From a virus (lineage: Duplodnaviria > Caudoviricetes): a DNA stretch of 24,260 bases. The stretch covers positions 1 through 24,260 of IMG/VR virus record IMGVR_UViG_3300033067_000934; one strand, written 5' to 3'. A program made the translations under genes and the position numbers. Below the pieces are notes generated by a model, which was not told the DNA's origin, did not search any database, and was given only the letters and a program-made list of their open reading frames with translations. This document shows positions 1 through 9,462 of the stretch, in pieces (position 1 is the stretch's first letter; every line of letters starts with the position of its first letter).

Positions 1-339
1 AACGATATTCGTTCCGGCTGAATCGACTACGCTTACGCTTGGGCGCTTGCCCAGGTTGTGCGCGATCGTCCATGACGCGGACGGGGTGGATTGAACGTGA
101 CGGTAGTGAAGGTCGGCATCGGCGCCGTCTCTACCTGGTCGGCCTTGCAACCCCTGCCGCGCGATCTGTACGGTCGGCTGCTGCACAATCGGCTGCACGG
201 TGTTCGCGCGTTCGACGACTTGCGCCGCCGTACCGCCTTGAATCGTCACGTTGCGTGGCAACGCTGCGATCTTCGCAACGGTATCCCGACTCACCGTGAC
301 AACGGTATTGCCCGTGCGCTTGATGGTGACGTTCCCCAT
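1..339 (-). CDS. Virion/tail-associated protein (3' end runs off the window)
   Basis: Not in the ORF track. ATG at 339 overlaps the upstream stop (TGATG) and the frame is open to base 1. It encodes MGNVTIKRTG..., a short collagen-like GLQGRPGRDG and HVQSTPSASWTIAHNLGKRPSVSVVDSAG, a motif I recognise from phage tail proteins. Confidence 0.75.
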   Translation of the reverse strand, partial: MGNVTIKRTGNTVVTVSRDTVAKIAALPRNVTIQGGTAAQVVERANTVQPIVQQPTVQIARQGLQGRPGRDGADADLHYRHVQSTPSASWTIAHNLGKRPSVSVVDSAGTNIV

Positions 340-767
340 CAGAACGTCACTCCCGGCGTGAAAATGCACTTCCCGCTGACAACTGGCTGGATCGTGCCAT
401 CGGCCGCGACGAGCACGATGTCCCAGACGTACCTTATCTTCGAGTTTGTCGGGTTAAGCACTGGCAGGAACGTGTCACGCGGCACGTTCAAGACGATGGT
501 GCCATTCGTCGGCGTAGGCGCAGACAGGCCTTCGTAGACAGGCCATGCCGGCGGCGCGCCGTAGTACGCGGCGGTCGTGAGGTCCAGGATCGGGTTCGTC
601 GCCGGGACGCCAGCGGACGCCACTGGAACGGCGGTTCGAAGCTGCGCGTGAATTTTCAGGCCGGTCAGGTCGATGGCGACTTGGTTCTCGTCAACCAGCT
701 CGATGGACTCCTGCCAGCTCGTGTTCGACGGTATCACCGGTGAGTAGGAACCAAACTGGGTTGCCAT
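339..767 (-). CDS. Putative virion structural protein (BppU-N-like beta-sandwich)
   Basis: 142 aa. C-terminal YVWDIVLVAADG...VSGKCIFTPGVT pattern; lies in the structural module. Confidence 0.6.
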   Translation of the reverse strand: MATQFGSYSPVIPSNTSWQESIELVDENQVAIDLTGLKIHAQLRTAVPVASAGVPATNPILDLTTAAYYGAPPAWPVYEGLSAPTPTNGTIVLNVPRDTFLPVLNPTNSKIRYVWDIVLVAADGTIQPVVSGKCIFTPGVTF

Positions 768-798
768 CGCTAGTCACCGTGTGCCTTTACATTCCGGT

Positions 799-826
799 AT
801 TGAACATGATCTAACGTGATGGTCAA
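799..826 (-). promoter_or_regulatory. Candidate late promoter motif, copy 1
   Basis: - strand TTGACC-ATCACGTTAGATCATG-TTCAAT, intergenic upstream of 339..767; matches copies at 9972 and 12840. Confidence 0.6.
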
Positions 827-848
827 GACATGCGCGCACAAACCAAAG

Positions 849-1538
849 TCACACGAACTGCGGCAGTGAGCCTACGATCGGCGACACGCCCCAGAGTCGA
901 ATCTCGGTCGCGCTCGGCAGGCGGCCAACCTTTGCAGTGAAGGTTTGTGCCGCTGCAGTCGCGCGCGCTTGCTGTTCGGTGTCCGAGTCCGGCTTGCTGA
1001 ACGCGCGATACACCACCCAATCGAGCAAATCCACGTGCCATGCCGGGTTGACGACAGGCTCGGCCGTCGGGTCAGCCAGCGTCAATTCTTCGTCCTCAAT
1101 CGGTAGCCGCCACACGTTGAGTTTGAGCACGATGTCTGCCGTGGGGAGCGGGAACAGGGCAATAAACCCGTTCTGGTAGTCCGGAACCCAGTATTCGAGA
1201 TCGCCAGTGGTGTCCGTGTCGGTATCCCACGTGGCGTGCAGCTTGAAGAATCGCTTTGACGTGATCCCGGCTGGCTGCATGTTGGACGTGCTGCCATCCT
1301 GGCGCAGGAAGCGAATCGCCAAGATGTGTGGATCGACCGGCACGAGCTGCGTGCCGGCCGCCACATTGATGGTGCAGAACGATTGCGTGCTTTCGAGCAG
1401 GCACCGTTGGCGGATGCACACCTGACGAACGGCGTCGTTGAGGAACGAAACCAGTTCGTCATCGCTCCACAAGTACGGCTGTACCGCGTCATCCAGACGC
1501 GATACTCGCAGCTCGTTGAGCAGGTCCGCCAGTGTCAC
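849..1538 (-). CDS. Head-tail adaptor/head completion protein
   Basis: 229 aa. N-terminal LDD...YLWSDDELVSFLNDA and C-terminal HVDLLDWVVYRAFSKPDSD resemble podovirus adaptor proteins; downstream of the capsid genes. Confidence 0.6.
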   Translation of the reverse strand: MTLADLLNELRVSRLDDAVQPYLWSDDELVSFLNDAVRQVCIRQRCLLESTQSFCTINVAAGTQLVPVDPHILAIRFLRQDGSTSNMQPAGITSKRFFKLHATWDTDTDTTGDLEYWVPDYQNGFIALFPLPTADIVLKLNVWRLPIEDEELTLADPTAEPVVNPAWHVDLLDWVVYRAFSKPDSDTEQQARATAAAQTFTAKVGRLPSATEIRLWGVSPIVGSLPQFV

Positions 1539-1951
1539 GCCGCGTCGCCCAGGTAGGCGGTCACGACTTCACACCACGAATCGCGCGGCTTGTCCTCGGT
1601 CTGCGCCTTCTCGGCCGCAAGCGCGGCAATCAGGTCCTCGTTGGAGTAGGTGGCGATCTTGGCCTTGAGATCGCGCACGGACAGCGAGCGGATTTCCTCG
1701 ACATTGCTCGAGGCGGGTTCGGGTTCCGCAACGGCGGTCGGCCGCTTCGGTGCCGGTGCAGGCTTGGTGCGGCCGTTGTACTCGCGGTAGGCCTCGGGAA
1801 TCGAAAGCAGCCGGTCCACGTGGGCGTCGTGCTTTACTTCGGCCAGGTGCGGAGCGTCTGGAAGTTCGGGCCGCGGCGCGAAGTGATAGCTCGCCTCGGG
1901 AAAATCAATCCTCGTGCCACCTTTGCGTTTCAGTTTGCACTCGATCAGCAT
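1535..1951 (-). CDS. Hypothetical phage protein
   Basis: 138 aa, GAGGA RBS, GTGA overlap with the next gene; two domains joined by a Pro-rich linker. Confidence 0.75.
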   Translation of the reverse strand: MLIECKLKRKGGTRIDFPEASYHFAPRPELPDAPHLAEVKHDAHVDRLLSIPEAYREYNGRTKPAPAPKRPTAVAEPEPASSNVEEIRSLSVRDLKAKIATYSNEDLIAALAAEKAQTEDKPRDSWCEVVTAYLGDAA

Positions 1952-1970
1952 CTTCTTGTCCTCGCTGGTG

Positions 1971-2013
1971 AAAAAGGACGGCGACGGATGTTTTGCGCGC
2001 GTCCGCCGCCGCC
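1971..2013 (-). terminator. Rho-independent terminator after the capsid/decoration genes
   Basis: - strand GGCGGCGGCGGACG-loop-CATCCGTCGCCGTCC followed by TTTTT. Confidence 0.65.
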
Positions 2014-2052
2014 AAAATCACGCCCTGTGGTCAGTGCGTGATAGTTGGAGCC

Positions 2053-2544
2053 TTAGCCGACGGTGCCGTTATCCGGGTCGTCGTTGCGGAACGGACGCGA
2101 CACTTGGTGGAAAACGATCTTGCCGGTGGTGGCCAAGGTCGCAGCAGCGCCAGTGAACTTCAGGTATACCGGCGTGTCCACGTTGGCATCGCCCACGTCT
2201 GCCGTGGCCAGCGCGAAGTTGGCGCCGACGAGGATCTTGGCGGTCGCGCTCAACGTCTGCGAGCCGGCGACAGCGGCGGCCGATCCGGTGATGCCGACGG
2301 TTCCGGTTGCGGTCGGCGTACCGTTGGTATCGAAGATCGGAAGATCCAGCCGGCTCAGGTGCGAAACGAGCTTCTCGCCAGCCGGCACGGTGCCGATCTG
2401 GATGGTGTCGCCGACGCCGAGCGAAGCGGGCTTGTACGCCGTGTTGGCCAGGTCGAACACGAACACGTTGACGGTGACGTCGCCGGCGTCCTCGGCGGTG
2501 CGCAGGTTCTTCTGCACATCCGGGTTGAAGTAGTTGGTAGGCAT
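2053..2544 (-). CDS. Putative capsid decoration/minor capsid protein
   Basis: 163 aa, Thr/Ala/Gly-rich, directly after the major capsid gene, GAGGA RBS. Confidence 0.6.
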   Translation of the reverse strand: MPTNYFNPDVQKNLRTAEDAGDVTVNVFVFDLANTAYKPASLGVGDTIQIGTVPAGEKLVSHLSRLDLPIFDTNGTPTATGTVGITGSAAAVAGSQTLSATAKILVGANFALATADVGDANVDTPVYLKFTGAAATLATTGKIVFHQVSRPFRNDDPDNGTVG

Positions 2545-2582
2545 GGTCTTGTCCTCAAATGGGTTGGTTTGGTCTGCGGATC

Positions 2583-2606
2583 GCTGCGGCGGTTGCCCGC
2601 CGCAGC
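2583..2606 (-). other. Intergenic RNA hairpin with GNRA loop
   Basis: Perfect 10-bp stem GCTGCGGCGG/CCGCCGCAGC, loop GCAA on the - strand, no U tail. Confidence 0.6.
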
Positions 2607-2626
2607 TCAGATCAGGCGGTCAGCGA

Positions 2627-3733
2627 TCAGGTCGGATCCGGGCAGTACACGTCCGCGGCGATCGAGCCGTAGCGCATGCTGTTGAACTGCGTGGCCTTGA
2701 TGCCGAAGATGGTCGCCGTGTCGATGACCAGTTCGTTGCCGCGGTCGTCCTCCTCCTCGTGCCAGTCGAAGCGCAAGCCGTTGCCGGGCGAGCCGTAGGC
2801 CTTGACCAGCGCCTGCACGCCCATCAGGTGGTTGCGCGACGCGGGCAGGTTGTTGGACGCGCCGTAGTCGTTGAACCGCGTCACGTTGCGGTGCGAGTGC
2901 AGGATGACGTTGTTGTAAACGCCCATTCCGCCCTTGAACAGCACGTTGTCGGGACCCTGCGCGGCCGCCGCGGCTTTCTGGATGTCCACCCACGTGCCGG
3001 TGCCCGAGTCGCGGCGCAGCTGGTACGCGTCGAACTCGTGCATCAGGTAGATGAAGTGGTCCTCGCCGTTGATGCGGACCGGACGCACGCGAGGCGTCTG
3101 CGTGGCATCGCCGCCCATCGTGTTCGCCTTGGCCACGAGCTTGTCGATCAGGGCCAGGGTGAAGTGGTCGGTGTTTGCCAGCGAAGCCTTGGACGTGGCG
3201 GCGCCGCCGTACGTCTGGTGCAGCGCGTCGGGCGCCATGAAGGCGTTGCCGGCGAAGCCGGTCCAGCTCAGGTCCTCGATGTAGCCGGTGTCGATACCGC
3301 GCGCGCCGGCGAGGTAGCAGTTGGTCGTTTCGTCGTTGAAACGCGCCCACCAGTCGCCCTGCAGCTTGCGCGCGACCATGCGCAGATCGTGCAGGACGCG
3401 CTTGCGCGACATGCGGCCACCGGCCGACACGCCACAGCGCACCTGGTCGACCTTGATCGAGTCGGTGTACTTCTTGAGGGCTTCCTCGGTGTTCTTGATG
3501 CGGTTGTCACCGTACACCGGCTTGTTGCGCAGCTGCGCGAACAGGTCGAAGGTGATGGTGTCGCCCGCGTCCGATTCCAGATCGGTGAGCACCTGAACGG
3601 GAACGGTTGCGTCGTTGCCCTTGCGCTCGAAGCGGTTGGAGAAGTAGCCCTCTTTCGCCATGTCGACGAAAAGCTGGGCGGAAAAACGCTTTACAGCACT
3701 GGGGTCATTGACCCCGACGATAGTCTGCGCCAT
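2627..3733 (-). CDS. Major capsid protein, N4-gp56 family
   Basis: Motifs DLESDAGDTITFDL, G.MSRKRVLHDLR, LFKGGMGVYNNVILH and DWHEEEDDRGN. Start moved to ATG 3733, which has AGGAG 8 nt upstream. Confidence 0.93.
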   Translation of the reverse strand: MAQTIVGVNDPSAVKRFSAQLFVDMAKEGYFSNRFERKGNDATVPVQVLTDLESDAGDTITFDLFAQLRNKPVYGDNRIKNTEEALKKYTDSIKVDQVRCGVSAGGRMSRKRVLHDLRMVARKLQGDWWARFNDETTNCYLAGARGIDTGYIEDLSWTGFAGNAFMAPDALHQTYGGAATSKASLANTDHFTLALIDKLVAKANTMGGDATQTPRVRPVRINGEDHFIYLMHEFDAYQLRRDSGTGTWVDIQKAAAAAQGPDNVLFKGGMGVYNNVILHSHRNVTRFNDYGASNNLPASRNHLMGVQALVKAYGSPGNGLRFDWHEEEDDRGNELVIDTATIFGIKATQFNSMRYGSIAADVYCPDPT

Positions 3734-3734
3734 G

Positions 3735-3761
3735 ACGTGCACTCCTAGATGGGAGGCACGT
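3735..3761 (-). promoter_or_regulatory. Hairpin sequestering the capsid Shine-Dalgarno sequence
   Basis: mRNA ACGUGC-CUCC-[CAUCUA]-GGAG-U-GCACGU; the GGAG of the SD is base-paired. Confidence 0.55.
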
Positions 3762-3818
3762 AAGCGCCTTTACTTTGGTTTGTGGCGTGCACATGAGCGC
3801 ACGCCGGAAGGTTTGCTG

Positions 3819-4019
3819 CTACACCGGGCGCTTGATCGGCGCCTGCGGCGGCGGATGTGGCGGCCCGTGTTCGTTTTCGGACCGCGACATCTGCATGTTG
3901 TACTCGGATTTTACACGGATTTTTGCCCGTTGTCCTGTTTTCTTCACCAAGGCGATGACTGTACCGTTTCCGATCTTGAGTTCATCGCCCGGTGCAAAGT
4001 CGAAAAAGACAACGGCCAT
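3819..4019 (-). CDS. CsrA/RsmA-like small protein
   Basis: 66 aa. PGDELKIGNGTVIALVKKTGQRAKIRVKS aligns by eye with the CsrA pattern ([29 protein letters not shown]); divergent. Confidence 0.55.
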   Translation of the reverse strand: MAVVFFDFAPGDELKIGNGTVIALVKKTGQRAKIRVKSEYNMQMSRSENEHGPPHPPPQAPIKRPV

Positions 4020-4031
4020 CGTCGTGCGTCC

Positions 4032-4970
4032 TTACGCCAGTCTCGGGTTGTCGCGTAGGCCGCCCTTGGCGGTTGCGAGGTATTCCTCGACCTTGTTGGC
4101 AGGCATGCGCGACAGCGTGTTCTCGAGCTCGTCGATCGACAAGGAATCGAGCGTGGCAAAGTTGTTGTCGCCGCCAGCCGGAACGCCAGCCGATGGCAGC
4201 GCGGAGATGTTGGGAGGTGTCCCCGGCTTCTTGCCAGCGCGCTCGGCCACGGCCGCGTCGATCTTGGCCTTCGGATCATCAGCTGGCTTGAGGCCGAATG
4301 CCGTCATCACGCGGTCGCGCGCGGTCTGCATGGCAGCCAGGTATCCCTGATTCGGGTTTTCCTTCCACACTGCCTGCAAGGTCGCATTGAACGCGGCAGC
4401 GCGCACGGGGTCGCCCACGAACTTCTTGTTGTTCTCGTCCGCGCCGAAGGCGGCGAGCGCCTGATTCCAGTCCTGTTCGGCTGCCGTTTCTGCCTGCTTG
4501 GCCAGGCGCGATGTCAGCACTTCGTCGATGCGCTTGGTCGCCTTGTAGTCGGCCTTCTGCTCGATCAGGTCCTCGCGCTGCTTCTCGTACTCGTCGTCGT
4601 CGATCTCGCCGGCGTCGTACTTGGCCTTTAGTTCGGACTTCTTCGCGTCCCAGTCCGGCTCTGCCTGCGCGGCGGAGGCAGGATCTTCCTTCTGCGGCGG
4701 CTGGCGCGACGCGGCAAGTTCGGCCGCGGCTGCGCTGGCGGCTTCGGCTGCCTTGGTAGCCGCAACGGCCAGCGTGCGTATGTCGTTGCCCTGGTCGTCG
4801 CCATCGTCATCTTTGCCTTCGGGAGTTTCCTGATCGGCAGCACCAGTTGCGCCGGTCGCTCCTGCGGCTGCCGGATCGCCATCGCCCTGCGAGGCCAGTG
4901 CAAGCTCCTCATCGGTGAGGTCGATTTCGTTGCCGGTGTCCGTCGTCGGGTTCTTGTTCTCGTCGCTCAT
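4032..4970 (-). CDS. Capsid scaffolding protein
   Basis: 312 aa, acidic disordered N-terminus and helical coiled-coil, between portal and capsid genes. Confidence 0.75.
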   Translation of the reverse strand: MSDENKNPTTDTGNEIDLTDEELALASQGDGDPAAAGATGATGAADQETPEGKDDDGDDQGNDIRTLAVAATKAAEAASAAAAELAASRQPPQKEDPASAAQAEPDWDAKKSELKAKYDAGEIDDDEYEKQREDLIEQKADYKATKRIDEVLTSRLAKQAETAAEQDWNQALAAFGADENNKKFVGDPVRAAAFNATLQAVWKENPNQGYLAAMQTARDRVMTAFGLKPADDPKAKIDAAVAERAGKKPGTPPNISALPSAGVPAGGDNNFATLDSLSIDELENTLSRMPANKVEEYLATAKGGLRDNPRLA

Positions 4971-4983
4971 GCTCGTTTCCTCG

Positions 4984-7221
4984 TTACGTGGCCGGGTAGC
5001 CGTTTGGTTGGGCTGGGATTTTTACGGGCGGTGTGAGTTGCGGTGCTGGCAGCGGCGGCAGCGACGCCAGGCGGTCGGCGGCAGGCGCCAGCGGCAGCAT
5101 GTTGGAAAGCAGGCCGGCTGTGTCGAGCGCCTTCGCCTTGGTCTGCACGCCGATGTTCTGCGTCTCGGCGTTCATCTTGGAAGCCGCCGCTGCATCGCGC
5201 TGGGCTTTGGCTTGCGTTGCTGCGAGCTTAGCCTGCCGATCTTCTTCCGCCTGCTGCTGGGCCGCTTGCTGCGCCGCGGCCTGTGCCGGGTCCGGCGGCT
5301 GCGGGTTCGCGCCGTTCATCTTGCGAATGCGCTGGACGATCTCGTCCTTGTTCGGGATGTCTGTCAGGTCCACGGCCAGGTCGAGGAGCTGGATGCCCAG
5401 TTCCGGCGGCATCTTGGAGATGGTTTCCATCAGCATTTCCGCCATCGCCATGCGCACTGTTTCGCGGAAGTCCTGCTGGTCGACGACGAACTTCGATTCC
5501 TGCGCGGTCAGGTCGTTTTCGAAGATGACCTTGCCAGTCACTGGGTCGTACTGCGGGTTGTTGATGGCGAGCCATTGCTCGGCACCATCCGGACCGGTAA
5601 TGCGCAGCTGCATCGGCAGCGTCATGTACTGCTCGATCAGGGACAAGGTTTTGCGGCCGCTCCATTGCAGCGAGCGGCGCTCGTTGTCGAACAGTTCGGC
5701 GGTCGAAACGCTGCCTTGCTGCTGCTTGGCTAGGATTGCGCGGCCTGACTGCGCCGAGCTGTTCAAGCCAAGGTTCTCGCGCGTGACGCCGGAACCTTCG
5801 AACATGAATTGCCGCGTCGACTCCATAAGCTTGACGTGCGATTCGCCGACGTCGGTATTGCTTTCGATCTTGAACTTGCCGTTCTGGAGCGCGCCAGCTG
5901 CCAGTTTCACCTGTCCGTTGGGCTTGGCGGCCTCGGCAAGTACCTCCTCCTCGTCCGATCCTTCGGCAATCGCATCTTCCTCGTACAGTACTCGATTGGT
6001 AGAAAGGGCGAACAACGCCTTGCTGCGGCGCTTGTTGTACTCGTCCTGCGGGTCGCGCAGCCCGCGCACCACGCCATACGGCATGCCGTCACGGTGACGG
6101 CGGAAAGCCCACGTCGGCGTCAGGCTGAACCGGTTGTGCTTGTACGGCATCCGCATGTTGGCGCAGAAGAAACCCGGGTGCCAGATCGCCAGCCAGATGG
6201 TGTCCGTCATGCGGTCCTCGACCGTGACGCGCTGGCGGGTGATCAGGTCCGTCATCGCGGCGTCTTGCGGGTCGTAGAGCCTGCCTACGACATCATCGTA
6301 TCCGGCCATCAACGCCTTGATACGCCGTTCAACGAGCGGGCGGCGATACTCGGTTTCGAGCAAGCGCACGCGCGATCGCATGTTGCGCATGCGCGCCGTG
6401 GTATGCGCACCGCTAGCGACGCCAGGACGCAGGCCAGCGAACAGTCCCGGAACCATCATGTCGTCCTGCAGCAGTTCCAGGCTCGGGTCGATCATTCCGC
6501 TGGCCGCGCTTTTGAGGTTCTCTATGCGGTTCGGGAACATCGCCAGCACGTAGTCCAGATCAATGAAATGCTCGATCGTGATGCTGCGGCAGTCGCTCAG
6601 ATCGTCGGCGCGGCTGTACGGATCCCAGCGCACCGCTTTCCAGTTCACGTGCTTGATCGAAACCGGCGGACCGTCGCGGGCTTCGGACTGCGCGAACTCG
6701 CGCGTCCAGCCAACGCCGCTGATTGCCGCGTCCTTGAACGCCTTGCTGCGCTCGAACGAGGCTTCGCTGGTGTCGTCGACGAACTTGAGCACCTTTTCCT
6801 TGGCCTCCGCTGGCGCCACGTCCTCGTCGTTGCGCGGATGAACAGCCCAGTCCACGCGCGTGCGGCGCTCCGTGCCGACGAGCCAGTCGACGATCGGGTG
6901 GATCAGGTCGAACACGAGCGGCGCCTGATTGCGCGCCAGCAGGATCGCCTTGGTTTCCGGGTCGTACTGCTCGCGGTCGTAAAAGTCGCAGTCGATCAGC
7001 TGCTCGCGGCGGCTGTCCGCGTGCAGGTCAACCTGCTCGGCGTACCATGACTCGATCTGCGAAAGGACCTGACGGCTGTCCTCGCTGTCGAGTGGGTTGA
7101 GCGCGTCCGGGGCCTGATCGCTCGGCCCCTGTGGCGTGCCCAAGCCGTCCAGCGAAAGTGGCGCCTTGTCGGTGCTGGCGCCGTTGAAGTCGGGCGCGAT
7201 GCCCATGCTCACGCCGGCCAT
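4984..7221 (-). CDS. Portal protein (P22-like)
   Basis: 745 aa. RNQAPLVFDLIHPIVDWLVGTERRTR, GMPYGVVRGLRDPQDEYNKRRSK, SGRAILAKQQQG, and a Gln/Ala-rich C-terminal tail. Confidence 0.92.
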   Translation of the reverse strand: MAGVSMGIAPDFNGASTDKAPLSLDGLGTPQGPSDQAPDALNPLDSEDSRQVLSQIESWYAEQVDLHADSRREQLIDCDFYDREQYDPETKAILLARNQAPLVFDLIHPIVDWLVGTERRTRVDWAVHPRNDEDVAPAEAKEKVLKFVDDTSEASFERSKAFKDAAISGVGWTREFAQSEARDGPPVSIKHVNWKAVRWDPYSRADDLSDCRSITIEHFIDLDYVLAMFPNRIENLKSAASGMIDPSLELLQDDMMVPGLFAGLRPGVASGAHTTARMRNMRSRVRLLETEYRRPLVERRIKALMAGYDDVVGRLYDPQDAAMTDLITRQRVTVEDRMTDTIWLAIWHPGFFCANMRMPYKHNRFSLTPTWAFRRHRDGMPYGVVRGLRDPQDEYNKRRSKALFALSTNRVLYEEDAIAEGSDEEEVLAEAAKPNGQVKLAAGALQNGKFKIESNTDVGESHVKLMESTRQFMFEGSGVTRENLGLNSSAQSGRAILAKQQQGSVSTAELFDNERRSLQWSGRKTLSLIEQYMTLPMQLRITGPDGAEQWLAINNPQYDPVTGKVIFENDLTAQESKFVVDQQDFRETVRMAMAEMLMETISKMPPELGIQLLDLAVDLTDIPNKDEIVQRIRKMNGANPQPPDPAQAAAQQAAQQQAEEDRQAKLAATQAKAQRDAAAASKMNAETQNIGVQTKAKALDTAGLLSNMLPLAPAADRLASLPPLPAPQLTPPVKIPAQPNGYPAT

Positions 7222-7748
7222 CAGCTGTTCACCTTCTCGTCGTTGATCGTGAACTTGAAATCATCCGCGGCGGCGGCTTTCAGGAACTCTTGCGACGTCA
7301 TCACGCGCGGTGGCTTGGCGTTTTTCAGGTCCTCGGCGAACTCGAACAGGGCATCGGTGAGCTTCATGCAGTCGAAGCGCGTGGCGAAGCCGAACAGCTT
7401 GTCGCACAGCGCGTTCGCCATCATCACGTTCTGCACCGGATCGACCATCCGCCACATTTGCGACAGCGGGATGTAGACGTGGCGTTCGCGCGGGTTGGTG
7501 ACGTTGGCGATGACCAGGCACGGCTCGGTTGTGCCGTCGTCGAACTGCGCTTGTGTCAGAACCGCGCTCAAGACGCCAACCTTGCCGACCTCGGAGAAGT
7601 TGCGCAGGCCGCAGGCCATCGCAACCAGGTGCGGCGCGTAGTCCTTCTGCACGTCGGTGGCTTCTCGCGGCTTGGCCTCCACGTACGCCGGCAGCACGAT
7701 CGTCTTGCCGTTCTTGTCGCGTTCGATTGTCGGTTGCCCATTTTTCAC
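7221..7748 (-). CDS. Hypothetical protein between terL and portal
   Basis: 175 aa, start and stop both overlap neighbouring genes. Confidence 0.75.
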   Translation of the reverse strand: MKNGQPTIERDKNGKTIVLPAYVEAKPREATDVQKDYAPHLVAMACGLRNFSEVGKVGVLSAVLTQAQFDDGTTEPCLVIANVTNPRERHVYIPLSQMWRMVDPVQNVMMANALCDKLFGFATRFDCMKLTDALFEFAEDLKNAKPPRVMTSQEFLKAAAADDFKFTINDEKVNS

Positions 7749-8017
7749 GGTTGTTCTCCGTTTCCGTATTCCTTAAACCAGTCCGTGAACATCCGTGCTG
7801 CGAAGCGCGCAATATCCGATGTTGTTCTTCGCGCCGTTGGCCTTCCTCCGCACGACACTCCGCACCGCTTGTCATCGCTTGTTCTGGTACAAGTGATGCA
7901 GAACCCGTCATGTTCATAAGTGACGACGACTGTTGCGTCGACGCCGGCGTTAGCCATTTCGGCTTCACATTCCGCCTTCAACAGTTCGCACGTGTCTGCT
8001 GTATGTTCAACGCTCAT
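7745..8017 (-). CDS. Hypothetical protein
   Basis: Start reassigned to ATG 8017 (ATGA overlap with the terL stop, GGAGG RBS); 90 aa with several Cys. Confidence 0.65.
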   Translation of the reverse strand: MSVEHTADTCELLKAECEAEMANAGVDATVVVTYEHDGFCITCTRTSDDKRCGVSCGGRPTARRTTSDIARFAARMFTDWFKEYGNGEQP

Positions 8018-9462
8018 GCTGCCCTCCAGTTGCTTGCGCGGTTGCGGCGGGTGTCGCTGGTGTCTGCGGCGCGGCTGGCGCGCGTGCGCCCGACGTCGGC
8101 CATGCCGAACTGCTGGAAGGCATCGGCGTAGTTGCTGAACCGGTCGTGCTCTGGCTCGTCGAGGAACACTTCCTGCCGGGCGTTCCATTTCTTCCTATAC
8201 GCGTCCAGCGCGGCCAGGCCGTCGGAACACTCCTCGGCATCGAACCAGCACGAATCAAACTTGGCGCGCGCCTGCTGGATCGAGTTGAACTTGTGGTCAA
8301 CGCGAGGCACGACCACGAACTTGTGCGACGGGAGCAGGCTTTTGAGCTGGCTGAGGATGCTCTTGCCGGTTCCGCTGTTGGCGACCAGCCGCTCGTTTTC
8401 CGCATCATGCGGCAGGTAGTGCGTGCCGTAGACGTAGCCGCGTTCGTTGGAAAGCCGCTGCAGGTACGCCGAGAAGTAGTCCAGGTACTTGCCGTTGTCC
8501 TCGTACGCGTGGATGAAGCGGTTTTGAAGCGACGAGTATTGGTGGAACCAGATCGCGGTCGTGTCGTTGTGGCCGAGGTCCCAGAAGGTGTTGACCGGAA
8601 CGCTGCGCAGATGCGGGATGCTTGGCAGGATCCTTCCCTGCACGCGCGCGCGCTGCATTTCGGACTGGAAGTAGGCGCCGCGCACGCGGTTGCCGGTCCA
8701 CTTGCCCTCGAGCAGCGCCTCGCGGTCGTCCGGCGGCAGGTCAAGCAGCGTTTCGCGGTAGCCTGTGCCGGCCAGGTACTTGTTGTCCTTGAGCTTGGCC
8801 GGGATGAAGCGGCGGCGCACGATGCGCGGGCGCAACACGATCGAGCCGTCCGGCTGGACCTCCTCGAACTCCCGTTCGAACTCTTGCACGGTGGCCGCGC
8901 CGTTCTCGGCGATTGCCCATCGCTTCATCACCCACGCTTGGCCAGGTCCGTCCGGATTCGACGTCGAGCGCACGTAGCGCGGCAGCGAACGGTCGGTGGT
9001 GCGGCAGCGCGAAGTCAGGTAGGTGTAGGCGATCGGCGTCGACCACAGCGTCAGTTCTTCGAAGCCCAGGTAGTTCCAGTTGCGCCCGCGGTACTGGAAG
9101 CGGTCCGCGTCGTTGGCGCAGTAGGCCAGTTCGAGCTTGGCGCCGGCTGGCGTGATGAATGTGTGTTCGTTCTTGTCGTACCTGACCCCGCGGATGAATT
9201 GCGGGAACAGCTCGTTCGCGCGGTCGATCAGGTCTTTGAGTTCCGGGAATGACTTGCGGAAGATGACGGCGCGGTGGTGCTTGTTGTTCGGGCCGTTGTG
9301 CTGCGTGCACCACGCGTCGACGAGCAGGCCGTCGGTCTTGCCGCCGCCGGCGGCGCCGCCGTACAGCACTTCGAAGTCGTCGCACTCGAGCAGTTCGACC
9401 TGTTTCGGGCTCGGCTCCCAGACGACAACCTGATCCGGCGCGAGTTCGATTGCGTCAAGCAT
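8014..9462 (-). CDS. terL: Terminase large subunit
   Basis: Walker A YGGAAGGGKT, Walker B LGFEE, coupling motif STSNP, nuclease WDLG and C-terminal H...ADAF. Confidence 0.95.
   Translation of the reverse strand: MLDAIELAPDQVVVWEPSPKQVELLECDDFEVLYGGAAGGGKTDGLLVDAWCTQHNGPNNKHHRAVIFRKSFPELKDLIDRANELFPQFIRGVRYDKNEHTFITPAGAKLELAYCANDADRFQYRGRNWNYLGFEELTLWSTPIAYTYLTSRCRTTDRSLPRYVRSTSNPDGPGQAWVMKRWAIAENGAATVQEFEREFEEVQPDGSIVLRPRIVRRRFIPAKLKDNKYLAGTGYRETLLDLPPDDREALLEGKWTGNRVRGAYFQSEMQRARVQGRILPSIPHLRSVPVNTFWDLGHNDTTAIWFHQYSSLQNRFIHAYEDNGKYLDYFSAYLQRLSNERGYVYGTHYLPHDAENERLVANSGTGKSILSQLKSLLPSHKFVVVPRVDHKFNSIQQARAKFDSCWFDAEECSDGLAALDAYRKKWNARQEVFLDEPEHDRFSNYADAFQQFGMADVGRTRASRAADTSDTRRNRASNWRAA

Noticed and set aside
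2607-2630. Programmed frameshift extension of the capsid protein
   Set aside because: No slippery sequence is seen, and the alternative frame stops at 2607, adding only a few residues.
2534-9252. Long + strand ORFs (e.g. 2534..3748, 5033..6097, 5809..7050, 8146..9252)
   Set aside because: Antisense shadows of the capsid, portal and terminase genes in high-GC DNA; no recognisable motifs.
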